64,000 nt of DNA. Origin: Candidatus Kapaibacterium sp. (GTDB taxonomy: Bacteria > Bacteroidota > Ignavibacteria > Kapaibacteriales > UBA2268). The notes under the pieces are model-generated. The model searched no databases and was not told the DNA's origin. It saw only the letters and a program-made list of their open reading frames with translations. The stretch spans positions 2,162,231-2,226,230 of the forward strand of contig CP058732.1 of assembly GCA_013414795.1 (NCBI GenBank), written 5' to 3'. A program made the translations under genes and the position numbers. Below, piece after piece: positions 61,826-64,000 of the stretch (its first letter is position 1; each line of letters opens with the position of its first letter).

Positions 61826-63345
61826 AAAGAGCAATCTTTCTGTGTTTAGTGTTTTTTGCAACATTTGAAGTAATCTATTCCAAAGAAAGATTGCCAGCGG
61901 TTATCAACCAACACCAGCCCTCAATTTTTCCAATTATTTCCCCCGATGGCTCGGAACTTTATTTCACTCGCAAATGGCATCCAGATAACACTGGCGGAAT
62001 TTACGACGACGACGATATTTGGGTTAGCCGTAAAAATGGAAGCCAATGGGGTAGCCCAGAAAATCTTGGAGAGCAAATCAACAAAAAACAAAGCAATTCT
62101 TTGCTTTATATCTTTCCAGATGGGAAAAAGGCTTTGGTTTATGGTCCATACCAAACTACAAATGAAAACCAAATTGCTCGTGCCACCGAAAACAATCCTT
62201 GCTTTGCAATGACCAAGAAAATTGGCAATAAATGGTCAAAGCCAGAACCATTGAAAATCGAAGACTTCTACACTTCAAGCAAAAATTACTCCGCAACGAT
62301 GTCAACAGATGGCAGAGTATTAATTATGAGTTTGCAACGGGAGGACTCGAAAGGCAATCTGGACTTGTATATTTCCTTCTATAACCAAGAAACAAAGACC
62401 TACTCTAAACCCCAAAACTTGGGAAATAGAATTAACACAAATGGAGTTGAACTGGTTTCCTTTCTTGCTTATGACAATAGAACTCTATATTTTGCGAGCA
62501 ATGGAAGGAAAACCAAAGGCAAACTCGATTTGTTTCTTACCAGACGCCTGGACGATACTTGGATGAACTGGTCTGAACCAGAGCCTTTGGATTTCCTTAA
62601 TTCCGAATGGGACGAAAATTCGCTATCTTTGAATATTACTGGCGACACTGCATATTTCACCAGTGGAGACACTCTTGAAAAACGAGAAGGGATTTATCTT
62701 GCTGAACTTCCAGTGGAATTTCGTCCCCTGCCCTACTTGATTATCGAGGGAAAGATTTTAGCCAAAAGCAACAACGTCAATGAATTAGTCAGACAACCAG
62801 TTTACTTCAAAATCGATAACTTCGACACGGATTTCATTTTCTACGACACCGTTGAAAATGGTTTTTATCGTTTTGTTGTCCCAAATAAAACCCAATACAA
62901 TTTTTTCATCTTTGCCAAAGGATTCTATGATTACTCTTTCTCGACTACTTCTTCAAAGTTCGAGGAACCCACAATCCAGACTTACGACATTGTTTTGCAA
63001 CCCCAAAAGGAGAAAGACAAATTAGTTGGGACAATCCTGTTTCAAACTGACGTGGATACTTTGGATAGAACTGCTCAAGAAATTTTGAAACAAATTTGCA
63101 AAAATCTAAAAGACGAGAATTTCAGCAAATTGCTTTTCGTTGGGCATACGGACGAAATAGGAACCGACGAATACAACCTTCAACTTTCGTTGAGAAGAGC
63201 AAAGAATACAGCCCGATTTGTTGCAAACCTTTTGAAAATTGGAGAGGACAAGATTGAAATCGAAGGCAAAGGCAAAACAATGCCAATCTCAAAAGATTTG
63301 GCTAAAAATCGGAGAGTGGAAATTTTCATAATTTACAATGAATAA
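61822..63345 (+). CDS. PD40-repeat/OmpA-domain protein
   Basis: PD40 repeats (SPDG..LYF, DLYIS, TLYFASN); OmpA motifs GHTD, LS.RRA, NRRVE. Confidence 0.88.
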   Translation: MKRAIFLCLVFFATFEVIYSKERLPAVINQHQPSIFPIISPDGSELYFTRKWHPDNTGGIYDDDDIWVSRKNGSQWGSPENLGEQINKKQSNSLLYIFPDGKKALVYGPYQTTNENQIARATENNPCFAMTKKIGNKWSKPEPLKIEDFYTSSKNYSATMSTDGRVLIMSLQREDSKGNLDLYISFYNQETKTYSKPQNLGNRINTNGVELVSFLAYDNRTLYFASNGRKTKGKLDLFLTRRLDDTWMNWSEPEPLDFLNSEWDENSLSLNITGDTAYFTSGDTLEKREGIYLAELPVEFRPLPYLIIEGKILAKSNNVNELVRQPVYFKIDNFDTDFIFYDTVENGFYRFVVPNKTQYNFFIFAKGFYDYSFSTTSSKFEEPTIQTYDIVLQPQKEKDKLVGTILFQTDVDTLDRTAQEILKQICKNLKDENFSKLLFVGHTDEIGTDEYNLQLSLRRAKNTARFVANLLKIGEDKIEIEGKGKTMPISKDLAKNRRVEIFIIYNE

Positions 63346-64000
63346 ATTTCTTTCGACTTGCTTACTCATTTCAACAATTTGTGCTTTAAAAACCTTTTCA
63401 AGTTCCCCGAAAGATTATGTAGTTTTCCCCAAGATTTCCCTTCAAAAAGATTCCGCCAGGATTTATTTGACTTTTCAACTGGAAGACCAATACAAAGACG
63501 CACAAATTGCAATAATGAAGAAACAGCCACTATCGAATAAATGGGAAAGCGTTGAAAACCTACCATCGGGTTCATTGTCGTACTTCGACACTTTACCAAT
63601 ACAAACCACAGTTGAATATGGAATAATCTGCTCGAATGATACAGCGAGTGCTTTCGGATATTATTTAGTTGGAGAGATGAACGAATTCGAACCATATTGC
63701 GGAAATGTTCTAATTCTTGTTGATTCAACAATTGAAAAGGAAATTCAAGCCGAACTGGAGCAATTTCAAAACGATTTACTAAATGACTGCTGGTATTCAG
63801 AAGTACGCAAAGTGCCTCGTTCAGAAGTTTTTAACCAAATAGAAGTTCGCAAAGTAAAAAGAATTGTGAATTCCTATAAGAAACGTTGGAAAGAAAAGTT
63901 CAAGGTCTTGCTTTTGGTTGGAAGAGTTCCAGTTCCTTACACTGGCAATTACAGTTTCGATGGACATACAGACCATTTTGGTGCGTTCCCTTCCGATTTA
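63338..64000 (+). CDS. Secreted protein, peptidase C25-like, truncated by window end
   Basis: ATG 63338 open to the end of the window (not in the ORF track); signal peptide MNKFLSTCLL; LLLVGRVPVPYTG...DGHTDHFGAFPSD. Confidence 0.7.
   Translation, partial: MNKFLSTCLLISTICALKTFSSSPKDYVVFPKISLQKDSARIYLTFQLEDQYKDAQIAIMKKQPLSNKWESVENLPSGSLSYFDTLPIQTTVEYGIICSNDTASAFGYYLVGEMNEFEPYCGNVLILVDSTIEKEIQAELEQFQNDLLNDCWYSEVRKVPRSEVFNQIEVRKVKRIVNSYKKRWKEKFKVLLLVGRVPVPYTGNYSFDGHTDHFGAFPSDL

Overview
AT-rich bacterial chromosomal window. T9SS C-terminal domains, the DUF6029-Omp28 pair, the zapA-6S-rny order and a flagellin suggest an FCB-group organism (Ignavibacteria/Kapabacteria-like; inference). 1-10.4 kb is a type III-A CRISPR-Cas locus: cas10 (5'-truncated), csm2-5, a Csx3/Crn3-P-loop fusion, a CARF-HEPN Csx1-family effector, cas6 on the opposite strand, a leader, and an array of 21 repeats and 20 spacers. 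No cas1/cas2 is visible in the window. 17-29.4 kb is a surface-protein cluster (small T9SS-CTD protein, 1803-aa phage-fibre-like protein, FN3/Ig proteins) behind a consensus sigma54 promoter. The rest is mostly housekeeping (two tRNAs, rpsT, rny, 6S RNA, zapA, mreBCD, gap-pgk, mtnA, rdgB, meaB, mutL, hemA) plus an MNT-HEPN toxin-antitoxin pair and a lone flagellin. Most notable observations: (1) at the old end of the array, GTAG-type REP palindromes sit in spacer positions between increasingly decayed repeats, including a cryptic 22nd repeat; (2) overlapping spacers rebuild an 86-nt invader gene junction and show no PAM; (3) a possible T9SS adaptor plus CTD-less fibre export system; (4) a poly-T frameshift in the DUF6029 signal peptide. 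All family calls are from motif recognition by eye; no searches were run.
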